Counted from the stretch's first letter, positions 28,762 through 38,475 are shown. The stretch is 51,878 nucleotides of DNA from Candidatus Poribacteria bacterium (GCA_046582655.1 JAYGDX010000122.1:1-51878); one strand, 5' to 3'. Notes: generated from the letters alone by a model not told the origin. Made by a program: numbers and translations.

Positions 28762-29961
28762 TTAAGGACGTGCGGGGCTACCATCAGGTAACCGTGTCTG
28801 TGTCCAATGTTCAACTGTGTCCTGACACGGATATTCAGCTGCAAGTTCTTCATTAACATCTATTCCTAAACCCGGTTGCTTATTTGGGTACATGTATCCA
28901 TTCCGAACTTCTGGTGTGCCAGGGAACATTTCATAAACCAGTTCCGAAAAACGACACCATTCTTGGACCCCGAAGTTGGGTGCCCACAAATCAAGGTGTA
29001 AGTTAGCAGCATGACCGACAGGTGACGTGTCGCCAGGACCATGCCATGCAGTTCGTAAACCGTACATATTAGCAAACAAAGCCACGCTCCGAGCGGGCGT
29101 AATACCTCCCATTTGGCTGATGTGCATGCGAATAAAGTCGATCAATTTCCCCTCGATTAACGGTTGCCATTCACGTGGATTGTTAAACAGTTCTCCCATG
29201 GCAATAGGTGTGCAGCACTGTTGTCTTATATGTTCGAACCATTCCAAGTCCTCTGGAGCAAGCGGGTCCTCTAGAAAGAAAAGGTTGAATCGTTCTACAT
29301 CTTTGGCAAATTTCACAGCATCAATCGGCTGGAGACGTTCGTGGATGTCATGTAGGAGTTCTACCTGATCTCCAATTTCTGAACGGACATGTTCAAGCAT
29401 CTTCAAGGTGCTACGCATATAGGCACGAGGATCAAAATAGGCTCCGTCAGGTGAACCTTCCGGTTTACGAGCCTGACTCTCATGTCCACCGTATCCCCCC
29501 ATCTGAACACGGATGTAATGGTAACCTTGTTCTGAGAAATTCTGCACGTCATCAGCCACAGCTTGCGGAGTGCCACCTCCAGCGTGGCCATACACGGCTG
29601 CTGCTTCACGGCATTTCCCACCTAGCAATTGGTAAACTGGCATGTTTGCTTGTTTACCCTTGATATCCCACAATGCTTGATCAACGCCTGAGATGGCATT
29701 GTTCAATACGGGACCATTCCGCCAATAGCTGTTCACCATCGACATCTGCCAGATCTCTTCGATTTTTGATACATCTCTGCCTATTAGGAACGGTTTAAGA
29801 TGTTTTTCAATCGCAGTATGTACAGCATTGAAACGTTGTGTAAATGTCGCACAACCAACACCATGCAATCCTGGATCGGAGGTGATAATTTTGACAATGA
29901 TCAAGCGTGATCCACTAGGTTGTGTCGTGATGGTTTGAATATCTTTTATCACTGTGCTCAT
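28762..29961 (-). CDS. Enolase-superfamily sugar-acid dehydratase (D-mannonate dehydratase/RspA subgroup)
   Basis: YWRNGPV, ALWDIKGK, LLHDIHERL, FFLED, MGELF, TAWHGP and IQE-like VQEW motifs. Confidence 0.92.
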   Translation of the reverse strand: MSTVIKDIQTITTQPSGSRLIIVKIITSDPGLHGVGCATFTQRFNAVHTAIEKHLKPFLIGRDVSKIEEIWQMSMVNSYWRNGPVLNNAISGVDQALWDIKGKQANMPVYQLLGGKCREAAAVYGHAGGGTPQAVADDVQNFSEQGYHYIRVQMGGYGGHESQARKPEGSPDGAYFDPRAYMRSTLKMLEHVRSEIGDQVELLHDIHERLQPIDAVKFAKDVERFNLFFLEDPLAPEDLEWFEHIRQQCCTPIAMGELFNNPREWQPLIEGKLIDFIRMHISQMGGITPARSVALFANMYGLRTAWHGPGDTSPVGHAANLHLDLWAPNFGVQEWCRFSELVYEMFPGTPEVRNGYMYPNKQPGLGIDVNEELAAEYPCQDTVEHWTQTRLPDGSPARP

Positions 29962-29999
29962 ACAGGCTCCTATCTAAATATTTTCTGGAAAGAGAACTA

Positions 30000-31472
30000 T
30001 TACGGTGCTTTTTTTGCAGTATAAGTCAGATTGTCAAAGTAAACATCCAAATAATGCCCTCCTCTTTGATAAGAGAGCAAGCCAAATCGGTTAAAGATTG
30101 CTTGGTCTACTTTCACACCTGATTTTAGAGGTAAGGACACTGTCTGATCATTAAATGTAACGATAATATTGCCTTTCCCACTATTCGCATCTGGATTATA
30201 TTCAAATGTCCAGTCATGCCTATCCGCATTTGGCCTGATAATTGGACCTTGTCCGCAAATCTCGTATGCACCTTGGGAATTGGCATAGATAGGTCGAAAA
30301 TAGTGTCCAACTTGGCTTGGTCCTTCGATCATAATACCGATAAAATTTACAGGTGGCGCGCCAATATGGGTCTCGGAATTAAACCAACCAATCAAGATCG
30401 CACTGTCAACCGCGGCTCGAATCATCGACACCTTACCACTTGCTTCCAGATACTGATCCATTGTTAATTCACCAATATTGTCTGCGTAATATCCTGAGTT
30501 TTGCAAATCATTTTCCTCTATTCTCCAGATCAAGCCCCCAATCTCTCCAATTTCATCGCTAGCGTAGTGAGTTGCACTGTACCCAAAATCATGATAAGGA
30601 CGGATTTCTCGATCCTGAAACTTGACACGATTTCCGTTTTCTTCCCAATTTGGATCGATATCGAAATTATGCGGCACGCCGTCGATATTCAGATCATCAA
30701 AGTAGACTTCTAAACCTTTTCCAGCAGTTTGTTGGTTAATCAAACCGAAACGGTCAAAAGTGGCACCATCTAATTTATGACTGGATTTTAGTGGTGCTCG
30801 GTAGGCCTTTCCATCCATAGTAAATACCATCTCACCATGACCATGGTTACTATCTGGATCATAACTCAGTTGCCAAGTATGAACTTTGCCATCAGCGAGT
30901 TCAGGTGGAGTCCTAGTCGTTTGGTAGTGTTCACCTTCAAAAGTATGACCACTGCCGGTTTTCCAGTTTTTGGTGCCATATTCAAAAAAGACCCAATATT
31001 TCCCACCATTTCCATCTAACCGGACAACTAGCGAATGAGGGATTCGCCAGCCTTGAGATTGTTTGCCGTTAAACCAGCCAATCAAGACTCCACTAGCGCC
31101 GTCAGCTTTCGTTACCGCAAATTTACCGGAAGCTACTAAATTATCGTTCAGTGTTTTTGGCGTAATTGGTTTGGCATAGGTTGCGGGGGTTATGGATCTG
31201 GATATTCGACCTCCAATTTCACCTGAACGTTGACCGCCAGCGTAATTCGTTTGACTGTATCCAAAATTCTGTATTGTAGTTTTTTCCGAAATTGAGGAAT
31301 TTCGATTCGCTTTTCCTTCCCAATTGGGTATAGATCTAAAATCTTGAGAACGTAGAATTGTTTCTTGGGCCATAGTAGTTGTGACACAAAGAAGTAAAAA
31401 GGGTAAAATCTCTAGTGCAAACTTCCCACATGATGATGGCTTTTCATGGAAATTAATCGGAAAGGCAGACAC
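30000..31472 (-). CDS. Exported hypothetical protein made of two tandem homologous beta-sandwich domains
   Basis: Signal-like N-terminus; duplicated motifs PNWE..NR, FGYS.T.YA, GEIGG, L.ASGK, LIGWFN, H.W...Y.P, F.RFGL and VYFD.L. Confidence 0.8.
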   Translation of the reverse strand: MSAFPINFHEKPSSCGKFALEILPFLLLCVTTTMAQETILRSQDFRSIPNWEGKANRNSSISEKTTIQNFGYSQTNYAGGQRSGEIGGRISRSITPATYAKPITPKTLNDNLVASGKFAVTKADGASGVLIGWFNGKQSQGWRIPHSLVVRLDGNGGKYWVFFEYGTKNWKTGSGHTFEGEHYQTTRTPPELADGKVHTWQLSYDPDSNHGHGEMVFTMDGKAYRAPLKSSHKLDGATFDRFGLINQQTAGKGLEVYFDDLNIDGVPHNFDIDPNWEENGNRVKFQDREIRPYHDFGYSATHYASDEIGEIGGLIWRIEENDLQNSGYYADNIGELTMDQYLEASGKVSMIRAAVDSAILIGWFNSETHIGAPPVNFIGIMIEGPSQVGHYFRPIYANSQGAYEICGQGPIIRPNADRHDWTFEYNPDANSGKGNIIVTFNDQTVSLPLKSGVKVDQAIFNRFGLLSYQRGGHYLDVYFDNLTYTAKKAP

Positions 31473-31502
31473 ATCAATCTCCCTGGTTAGGAGAAGATAA
31501 TC

Positions 31503-32519
31503 TCAAAACTGCTTTGCAAACCGCATATCGTTTTCAAACATTAGCCGTAAATCTGTGATGCCAAACTTGAGCATTGCAATTCGATCAACTCCCATACCAA
31601 AGGCAAAACCAGTAACATTTTCAGGATCATAATTGACATGTTCAAAAACATTTGGATCTACTAAACCGGATCCAAGAATCTCAAGCCAACCGGTATGGGA
31701 ACAAACACGACATCCTTTAGAATCACAGAAGAGACAGGATATATCCACCTCGGCTGAAGGCTCGGTGAACGGGAAAAAATGAGGGCGGAACCTGACCTGT
31801 ATCGTATCACCGAACATCTGACGTGCAAAAGAATACAGAACACCTTTTAATTCGCTAAAAGTCACATGGTGATCAACAAGTAATCCTTCTACTTGATTGA
31901 ACATCGGCAGATGGGTGATATCGTAATCTCGACGATAGACTTTACCGGGAACAATAATACGAATAGGAGGTGCCGTCTTTTTCATCACTCGGATTTGGAC
32001 TGGGGAGGTATGTGTTCTTAAGACAATGCCTTCATCTATATAAAAAGTGTCTTGTAAATCTCTTGCTGGATGATCTTTTGGCGTATTGAGAGCGTCAAAA
32101 TTGTAGAACTCAAGTTCAATTTCGGGGCCTTCAACAACCTCAAATCCCATGCCTTTAAATATCATCTGAATCTGATCCAAGACCTGAGTTATCGGATGTC
32201 TTCGGCCAATTTGCCTGCGCCGACCAGGTAACGTGATGTCAATCGTTTCTTCTGCTAGTTTATGTTCATGTTCGTGTTGATTAAATTTCTCTATTACTTG
32301 ATCGAATTTATTGGTGATTTCTAACCGAATTTCGTTAGAGAGTTTACCGATAACTGGCTTCTGTTCTTTAGAAAGCTTACCCATTCCCTTCATCACGTCA
32401 GTAAACAATCCCTTGCGACCAAAATACTTAATTCGAAGTTGTTCCAGCGTTTCAAGCGTTTCGACTTCCTGTATTTCTGCTAAGGCTTCGGTTCTAATTT
32501 GCTCCAGTTGATCTTGCAT
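31503..32519 (-). CDS. pheS: Phenylalanine-tRNA ligase alpha subunit
   Basis: HPARDLQDTFY, LRTHTSPVQ, FRPHFFPFTEPS and GFAFGMG. Confidence 0.98.
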   Translation of the reverse strand: MQDQLEQIRTEALAEIQEVETLETLEQLRIKYFGRKGLFTDVMKGMGKLSKEQKPVIGKLSNEIRLEITNKFDQVIEKFNQHEHEHKLAEETIDITLPGRRRQIGRRHPITQVLDQIQMIFKGMGFEVVEGPEIELEFYNFDALNTPKDHPARDLQDTFYIDEGIVLRTHTSPVQIRVMKKTAPPIRIIVPGKVYRRDYDITHLPMFNQVEGLLVDHHVTFSELKGVLYSFARQMFGDTIQVRFRPHFFPFTEPSAEVDISCLFCDSKGCRVCSHTGWLEILGSGLVDPNVFEHVNYDPENVTGFAFGMGVDRIAMLKFGITDLRLMFENDMRFAKQF

Positions 32520-32548
32520 GTGCCTTTCCCTCTATGTAATGCGCGACA

Positions 32549-32577
32549 ATTCTAGCATAAGTCTTTCTGTGAGTCAA
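32549..32577 (-). promoter_or_regulatory. Sigma70 promoter of pheS
   Basis: Minus strand TTGACT - 17 nt - TAGAAT with an extended TG. Confidence 0.7.
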
Positions 32578-32615
32578 TACGATGCCTGAGAACTCAGTGT
32601 CCATCTGCTTTTGCG

Positions 32616-32644
32616 TTGAAACCTTAATATGGTTGTGATAGAAT
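32616..32644 (+). promoter_or_regulatory. Sigma70 promoter of the nagA operon (divergent from pheS)
   Basis: TTGAAA - 17 nt - TAGAAT with an extended TG. Confidence 0.65.
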
Positions 32645-32677
32645 ACGAAAAATCACGGTAACCTTAGCAGAGATCAC

Positions 32678-33826
32678 ATGCACATTAACGGTTGGCTTGT
32701 TGGGCTGAAGCAACATGTTGAAATTGAGATGGCTGACGGAGTATTCTCAACCATCACCAAAGTGAAGGAGAGCAGTTTAAATCATCAGGATGTGTGTATT
32801 GCCCCTCCGTTAATTGACATTCAGGTGAACGGGTTTGCTGGTTATGATTTAAACAGTGATGATGTAAAAACAGCAGATGTATGCCAGATGGTGAAATCGC
32901 TTTGGAAGACCGGAACAGGTTTTTGCTGTCCAACTGTTGTTACCGGTTCGAATCAGCGAATGTCCAAGTCAATCCAAGTTATCACAGCTGCACTTAAGGA
33001 TCCTACCATTAATAGGTCTATTATTGGTATTCATGTAGAAGGACCATACATTTCACCGCAAGACGGCCCTCGTGGTGCGCATCCAAAGGAGCACGTCCGC
33101 CAACCGAACTGGGATGAATTTCAGCGCTGGCAGGACATAGCAGAAGGGCAGATTAAAATTCTTACGTTGGCTCCAGAGACAGAGGGCGCTATAACCTTAA
33201 TCGAAAAGTTAAGAGAAAGCGGCGTAGTCGTCGCAATAGGTCATACTGGCGCAGAACACCAGCAGATTCAAGATGCGATTCAGGCAGGTGCCACGATGTC
33301 CACGCATTTGGGAAATGGCGCCCATGCCCAGATCCGTCGTCATCCAAATTATATTTGGGATCAACTAGCGGCAGACGAATTGCACGCCAGCTTTATTGTT
33401 GATGGACACCATTTACCACCTTCTGTGGTAAAAAGTATGTTTCGTGCCAAGGGACTTGAACGTGCAATTCTAGTCAGCGATGCAGTGCATCTGGCTGGGT
33501 TAGAGCCTGGGCGATACCAATTCGGCAGCCAAGACATCGAATTGACTTCTAATCAATCTGTTCGGTTGTATGATACTGATTACTTAGCAGGATCTGCCAT
33601 TGAGTTAGCACGTGGGGTTGAAAATAGTGTGAAATTTGCTGAGATTTCTTTGGACCAAGCATTCCGACTGGCAACCGTCCAACCTGCGGGTGTGCTTGGC
33701 CTTGATAATCAGATTGGATCCATTCAGGTCGGACGAAACGCAGATTATATTACATTCCAATGGGACAAATTGGGATACAAAATTAAGGTGTTATCAACTG
33801 TAATAGATGGACAAAACAGAAATTAA
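32678..33826 (+). CDS. nagA: N-acetylglucosamine-6-phosphate deacetylase family amidohydrolase
   Basis: IDIQVNG, HVEGPYIS, GAHP, TLAPE, IGHT, THLGNG, DGHH and VSDA. Confidence 0.85.
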   Translation: MHINGWLVGLKQHVEIEMADGVFSTITKVKESSLNHQDVCIAPPLIDIQVNGFAGYDLNSDDVKTADVCQMVKSLWKTGTGFCCPTVVTGSNQRMSKSIQVITAALKDPTINRSIIGIHVEGPYISPQDGPRGAHPKEHVRQPNWDEFQRWQDIAEGQIKILTLAPETEGAITLIEKLRESGVVVAIGHTGAEHQQIQDAIQAGATMSTHLGNGAHAQIRRHPNYIWDQLAADELHASFIVDGHHLPPSVVKSMFRAKGLERAILVSDAVHLAGLEPGRYQFGSQDIELTSNQSVRLYDTDYLAGSAIELARGVENSVKFAEISLDQAFRLATVQPAGVLGLDNQIGSIQVGRNADYITFQWDKLGYKIKVLSTVIDGQNRN

Positions 33827-33828
33827 TC

Positions 33829-34410
33829 ATGGGAGTATTTCGGGAACACTATATCGGTAGCATAGTTTCTTATTCGGCCTTCTTCGGAGTTTCAATGGGG
33901 GCGACTCTTGTCGGTCATTGGTTATTTCAAAAGCCAATGGATTGGAATTCAACAGTATCTATCAAACCTTGGTGGCATATCGTTGCTTGTTTTATAATTG
34001 CAATATTATTTGGATTGTGGCCTGATGTCGATATTAAAAGCAAAAGCCAGTCGATTTTTTACAAAATTTTCATCATCATGAATATTTTCTTAATTCTAAA
34101 AGGATGGTACATTGAATCGGCGTTTTTCGGATTATTCGCCATGTTACCGATGCTTGGCAAACACCGAGGTTGGACGCATTCCAGAATCACAATGATTTTG
34201 TTCCCGATGATCTTCATCATTCTACCGCTTTATCTGCACAAGGAAATTATCAACATCGAAAATTGGTTGTCTCCAACAAACTTTGGTTTGGTAAGAACTT
34301 CCATTCCCTTTTATGTTGCTGGTTTGATTGGTTACGCAACACATCTTCATCTCGATAGTGTTTTATTAACTTTACCTAAATTGTGTCACAGAAGAGTTAA
34401 AAGAACATAA
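33829..34410 (+). CDS. Membrane-bound metal-dependent hydrolase (YdjM/DUF457-like)
   Basis: FREH, PDVD, KHRGWTHS and GYATHLHLD motifs with TM segments. Confidence 0.85.
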   Translation: MGVFREHYIGSIVSYSAFFGVSMGATLVGHWLFQKPMDWNSTVSIKPWWHIVACFIIAILFGLWPDVDIKSKSQSIFYKIFIIMNIFLILKGWYIESAFFGLFAMLPMLGKHRGWTHSRITMILFPMIFIILPLYLHKEIINIENWLSPTNFGLVRTSIPFYVAGLIGYATHLHLDSVLLTLPKLCHRRVKRT

Positions 34411-34427
34411 CGGGTGATCTGAATACA

Positions 34428-35777
34428 GTGAAATCTATTCCGGTTGAGAATATACTGCCCAACTTACCCAACTTGGAACTCCTTTTTCAACTTAATGAGT
34501 TCGCTAAAGATCAGGGGATTCAACTCTATCTGCTGGGTGGATCAGTACGGGATTTGCTGCTTAGACGTCCAATTAATGATTTGGATTTTGCCGTCGATCA
34601 CAATCCAATCTTGTTTGCCAAGCAATTTGCAAATGCAAGCGACGCTGCCTTTGTTAAGTTAGAGGATCAGCCAGCCACAGCACGCATTGTGATTCGGTCG
34701 GATCAATCTAACATCGATTTTACTCAGTTTCGATCCGACAATCTGGAGTTAGACCTTCAGTTACGGGATCTGACTATAAATGCAATAGCTTTTAATCTCA
34801 CCCAGTTATTTAATAGTCATCAAATTGATCTAATTGATCCATATAATGGTTTGGACGATATGGAGAATCGGATTATACGATTTTCCAGCGAACAGGTTGT
34901 TGCTGATGATCCGCTACGTCTTTTGCGTGCCTACCGCTTTTCCGCACAATTGAGGTTTAACCTACCTGCAGAAACAATTGCACTGACCAAGAAATACGCT
35001 GACCAGTTAACAAAAGTTTCGATGGAACGAATCAGTGGTGAATTATTGAAAACCCTCTCAGCCAGTGAGTCTGTAGATTCTTTACGACTGTTGTCGAGGC
35101 ACCAGATCTTGTTACCTGTTATTCCAGAACTTGAAGTGACAGATGAAGATTTAGCAGCTATCGCTATATTTGAATCAGAAGGGATACCTGATATACTCCA
35201 GCCATATTATCAGGAGGTAGATCAATATCTCCAGACAAAGCTTCTAGGAAATTTCAGGCGTTATGAGATTGTTAAACTTGCCATTTTTCTTGGATCAACC
35301 AAGACATTGATTCAGATTACAAACCGTTTATGTTTAAGTAAAAAAGCCTTTAGACTGATTAAACGTATACACTTTCATCAATTGAGTTTCGTCAATTTAG
35401 TAACTAAACCTTCAACTTCACGTCAGGAAATTATCCAGTTTTTATGGAAAACAAAACGAGATTGGGTTTCTGTTGCATTGCATGTCTATGCACGTATCAG
35501 ATCTGAAGGTTGGCAGATAGGTAATGTCAATATCGGTAATGTCGAATCTAAAATACCTGAAATAGCTGGGGTTTTTTATCTCGATTTTCTGAAAATTATG
35601 AATCGGGGCAGCCTAATTAACGGAAACGAAGTTATGCGTAAATATGACGTCACGCAGGGAATTGAATTGGGAAAAATTCTTCGTCATATCGAGGATCTCC
35701 AATTTAAACATGTCATTCAAACAAGATCTCAAGCATTCTTAGCAGTTGAACGGTTTTTGAAAGAGAAAGCGGGTTGA
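34428..35777 (+). CDS. Class II tRNA nucleotidyltransferase, probably CC-adding type
   Basis: GGSVRDLLL..DLD, RDLTINAIA, DDPLRLLRAYRF and ERISGEL; the flexible-loop region is short. Confidence 0.85.
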   Translation: MKSIPVENILPNLPNLELLFQLNEFAKDQGIQLYLLGGSVRDLLLRRPINDLDFAVDHNPILFAKQFANASDAAFVKLEDQPATARIVIRSDQSNIDFTQFRSDNLELDLQLRDLTINAIAFNLTQLFNSHQIDLIDPYNGLDDMENRIIRFSSEQVVADDPLRLLRAYRFSAQLRFNLPAETIALTKKYADQLTKVSMERISGELLKTLSASESVDSLRLLSRHQILLPVIPELEVTDEDLAAIAIFESEGIPDILQPYYQEVDQYLQTKLLGNFRRYEIVKLAIFLGSTKTLIQITNRLCLSKKAFRLIKRIHFHQLSFVNLVTKPSTSRQEIIQFLWKTKRDWVSVALHVYARIRSEGWQIGNVNIGNVESKIPEIAGVFYLDFLKIMNRGSLINGNEVMRKYDVTQGIELGKILRHIEDLQFKHVIQTRSQAFLAVERFLKEKAG

Positions 35778-36505
35778 TGAAACTTAATCTTGCTAACAAT
35801 CTAATAGAAGATAGCTGGCAGCTACACCAGCAACTTGCCGACAGGTTATCGAATTCGGTTTCCGAACTATTAGGGCTTGATACCACGATGTCCTGTGCTA
35901 TTGTAGAGAGAATTGAAGGTTGCGATTTTCTGGACGAAAACGTAGAAATCGTATTTTGTCAAATCGGACTCCCTCCAATACAGGGCGAATTGATTCTTGC
36001 TATTCCAAAGAGACTGTCATTTTGGATTGTCTCTCAACTTCTCGATTATTCGGATACTGAAGAAATTGGCAATCGTATACTCACGAAAGTTGAACAGATT
36101 TCACTTATGCAGTTCGTAAATCTAATAGTGGTTAATCTCTCCGAAGAGTGGCAGCAAATTAATTCTGAAATTCATGCTAGATTTGATACTTTGGATGTAA
36201 CAGGTGATGAGTTAGCTAATGTACTCCAAACGTGTGAAGTCATGCTGGTCGGCATCGAAACAATCGTTAGCCAAAATATTATCGAAAATCTATGGTTTTG
36301 TTATACGGAAAGTTTTGTTTCGACCATGCAAGCAGAACAGGAAAAGAAACGAGAGGAATTGGATCGGCAGAGCAGATTGCGAGGAGACGTCCGTCAGGAC
36401 CTAGTATCAACTTTAGAAATAGTATTGGAATCGTACACTACGCGAATTGAAAATCGATTGGATCAACTTGAAGCAAAACTTGACAGGATGATTCAAGACG
36501 AATGA
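35774..36505 (+). CDS. FliM middle-domain (CheC-like) protein with C-terminal coiled coil
   Basis: PPIQGELILAIP..LSFWIVSQLL....NRILTKVEQ...LSEEWQ matches the FliM-M pattern (PLxGxxLLxxxxxLxFxxxDxLLGG...RxLTxIE...LxxAW). Its start overlaps the upstream stop. Confidence 0.6.
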   Translation: MMKLNLANNLIEDSWQLHQQLADRLSNSVSELLGLDTTMSCAIVERIEGCDFLDENVEIVFCQIGLPPIQGELILAIPKRLSFWIVSQLLDYSDTEEIGNRILTKVEQISLMQFVNLIVVNLSEEWQQINSEIHARFDTLDVTGDELANVLQTCEVMLVGIETIVSQNIIENLWFCYTESFVSTMQAEQEKKREELDRQSRLRGDVRQDLVSTLEIVLESYTTRIENRLDQLEAKLDRMIQDE

Positions 36506-36512
36506 GTAAACT

Positions 36513-37316
36513 TTAAGCTATTGAGTGTGTGATACTTGTCCATATAAGTTTAATGGCAAAAGCTGAGACCGTAACCACTAGTACAATTCGAATCCACTTA
36601 TCCCCCTTTTCTACCGCCCAGTGACTGCCAATCCACGCACCTGCTGCATTTCCTACACCAAGCGAAATACCAAACCTCCAATCTACATGTTTATTAATAA
36701 CAAAAATGATCAGGGCGACAAGGGTACAGAAGAGAACAACGAACATCTTTAAAGCATTGGTTCGCACCAGATTAAAGCCATTAACAATAGTTAGCGTTGC
36801 AATGATCATAAACCCCACACCAGCTTGGATAAACCCCATGTAGATACCTAAAAAGAAAAAAAGAAGTACAGCTAGAATTTTCCGAAAAGCTCCCAGATTT
36901 TCGACGTCACTTTGGAATTTCTTAAATGGATTAGAAAGTGTGATCACCAAGACACCAACCATTATAATAGCAAGCAGACGATTAAAAATGACACCGTTTT
37001 TGTCGAATTTCCCAAGGTTGATGACCAATAGAGCACCCATGACAGCGCCAATCATCGCTGGAATCGCAATTAAAATACCATAGCGAAAGTCGGAGACCCC
37101 TTTTCGACGGAAGCCCGCAACACCGACAGTGTTCTGGATCATGATCGCTACACGATTGGTGCCGTTGGCCATTGTTGCCCCATCTAGACCAAGAAAGATT
37201 AACACCGGAAGCGTAAGTAAAGACCCTCCGCCTGCAACCGTATTGAGAAAGCCTGCACAGACTCCCGTCGTAACGACAATGGCAAGTTGTACAAAAGGAT
37301 GGTTTAATAACTCCAA
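36513..37316 (-). CDS. Sulfite exporter TauE/SafE family membrane protein
   Basis: AGFLNTVAGGGSLLTLP, ANGTNR and GIYMGFIQAGVG. Confidence 0.92.
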   Translation of the reverse strand: MELLNHPFVQLAIVVTTGVCAGFLNTVAGGGSLLTLPVLIFLGLDGATMANGTNRVAIMIQNTVGVAGFRRKGVSDFRYGILIAIPAMIGAVMGALLVINLGKFDKNGVIFNRLLAIIMVGVLVITLSNPFKKFQSDVENLGAFRKILAVLLFFFLGIYMGFIQAGVGFMIIATLTIVNGFNLVRTNALKMFVVLFCTLVALIIFVINKHVDWRFGISLGVGNAAGAWIGSHWAVEKGDKWIRIVLVVTVSAFAIKLIWTSITHSIA

Positions 37317-37341
37317 AGACTTGCGGCCTTATTGTGGTGGC

Positions 37342-38412
37342 TTAGTTAATAATTTCATAGAAAAAGTTACGTTGTTTGGGGACATAACCGAGTTCCACAA
37401 CAAGCCGCTCAATCTCTTCCATTGGCATGCAGTATATGGTGCCCGCTTGGCTAACAACGTTTTCCTCGATCATCGTTCCACCCATATCATTTGCGCCAAA
37501 TTTCAGTGAAAGCTGTCCTATTTTTGGTCCTTGAGTAACCCATGATGACTGGAAATTCGGAATATTATCCAGCATTAATCGCGAAATAGCCAATGTTTTG
37601 AGATACTCAAAGCTGCCAGATGCAGGCATATGTTCGAGTCGTGTATTGTTTGGTTGAAGCGACCAGCAAATGAAAGCCGTGAATCCGCCTGTTTCGTCCT
37701 GTAGGTCACGTAATCGCAGTAGGTGTTCGACTCGCTCACCATAACTCTCAACATGGCCATACATCATCGTCGCACTTGATTTTAATTGAACTAGATGTCC
37801 CTGCCGCATGACCTCTAACCATTCAGCAGCTGTGCATTTCTTAGGAGAAATGGTATCTCGTGCATGGTCAGTCAGGATTTCTGCTCCCCCACCCGGAATT
37901 GACCCGAGTCCAGCATCACGTAAGCGCGTTAAAGTTTCTATTAGAGATATTTTGTTGATCTTAGCAAACCAGTCAAGTTCCGGGGGTGAAAAACCATGAA
38001 TATGGATATCATAATTCGCTTTGATCCATCGAAGAAGATCTTCGTACCAGCCAAGTTTGAGTCTTGGATGTAGACCGCCCTGCAGAAGAATTTGTACACC
38101 ACCAAGGTCAATAGTTTCCTGTATTTTCTGACCAAGCACTTGACGTGATAGAGTATACGCTTCCAAATCCTTCATGTGGCGATAGAAAGCACAAAAATCA
38201 CAGTCCACATGACATACATTCGTATAGTTAATGTTGCGATCTACGATATAGGTCACGTACGGTTCAGGATGAATCCTTTTCCGAATAAGATCTGCCGCGT
38301 TACCAATTGACAACAGGTCATAGCTTTTGAACAAAGTTAAGCCGTCATCGTAATCAAGGCGTTCATCCAATAGTGCTTTTTCCAGAATCGGCTGTATTGA
38401 TGCATCAATCAT
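37342..38412 (-). CDS. mqnC: Cyclic dehypoxanthinyl futalosine synthase (radical SAM)
   Basis: DRNINYTNVCHVDCDFCAF (CxxxCxxC), LQGGLHP, SIPGGGAEIL, QSSWVTQG and EENVV. Confidence 0.92.
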   Translation of the reverse strand: MIDASIQPILEKALLDERLDYDDGLTLFKSYDLLSIGNAADLIRKRIHPEPYVTYIVDRNINYTNVCHVDCDFCAFYRHMKDLEAYTLSRQVLGQKIQETIDLGGVQILLQGGLHPRLKLGWYEDLLRWIKANYDIHIHGFSPPELDWFAKINKISLIETLTRLRDAGLGSIPGGGAEILTDHARDTISPKKCTAAEWLEVMRQGHLVQLKSSATMMYGHVESYGERVEHLLRLRDLQDETGGFTAFICWSLQPNNTRLEHMPASGSFEYLKTLAISRLMLDNIPNFQSSWVTQGPKIGQLSLKFGANDMGGTMIEENVVSQAGTIYCMPMEEIERLVVELGYVPKQRNFFYEIIN

Positions 38413-38446
38413 TATTTTACCTTCTCTTCAGCTACCTTAGGCATAA

Positions 38447-38475
38447 ATTTTAACACTCATAGCTATTGACGTCAA
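38447..38475 (-). promoter_or_regulatory. Sigma70 promoter of mqnC
   Basis: Minus strand TTGACG - 17 nt - TAAAAT with an extended TG; the -35 lies within the palindrome TTGACGTCAA. Confidence 0.65.

Noticed and set aside
32520..32677. T-box or PheM attenuator upstream of pheS
   Set aside because: The 158-nt gap is filled by two divergent promoters, with no T-box consensus or Phe-rich leader.
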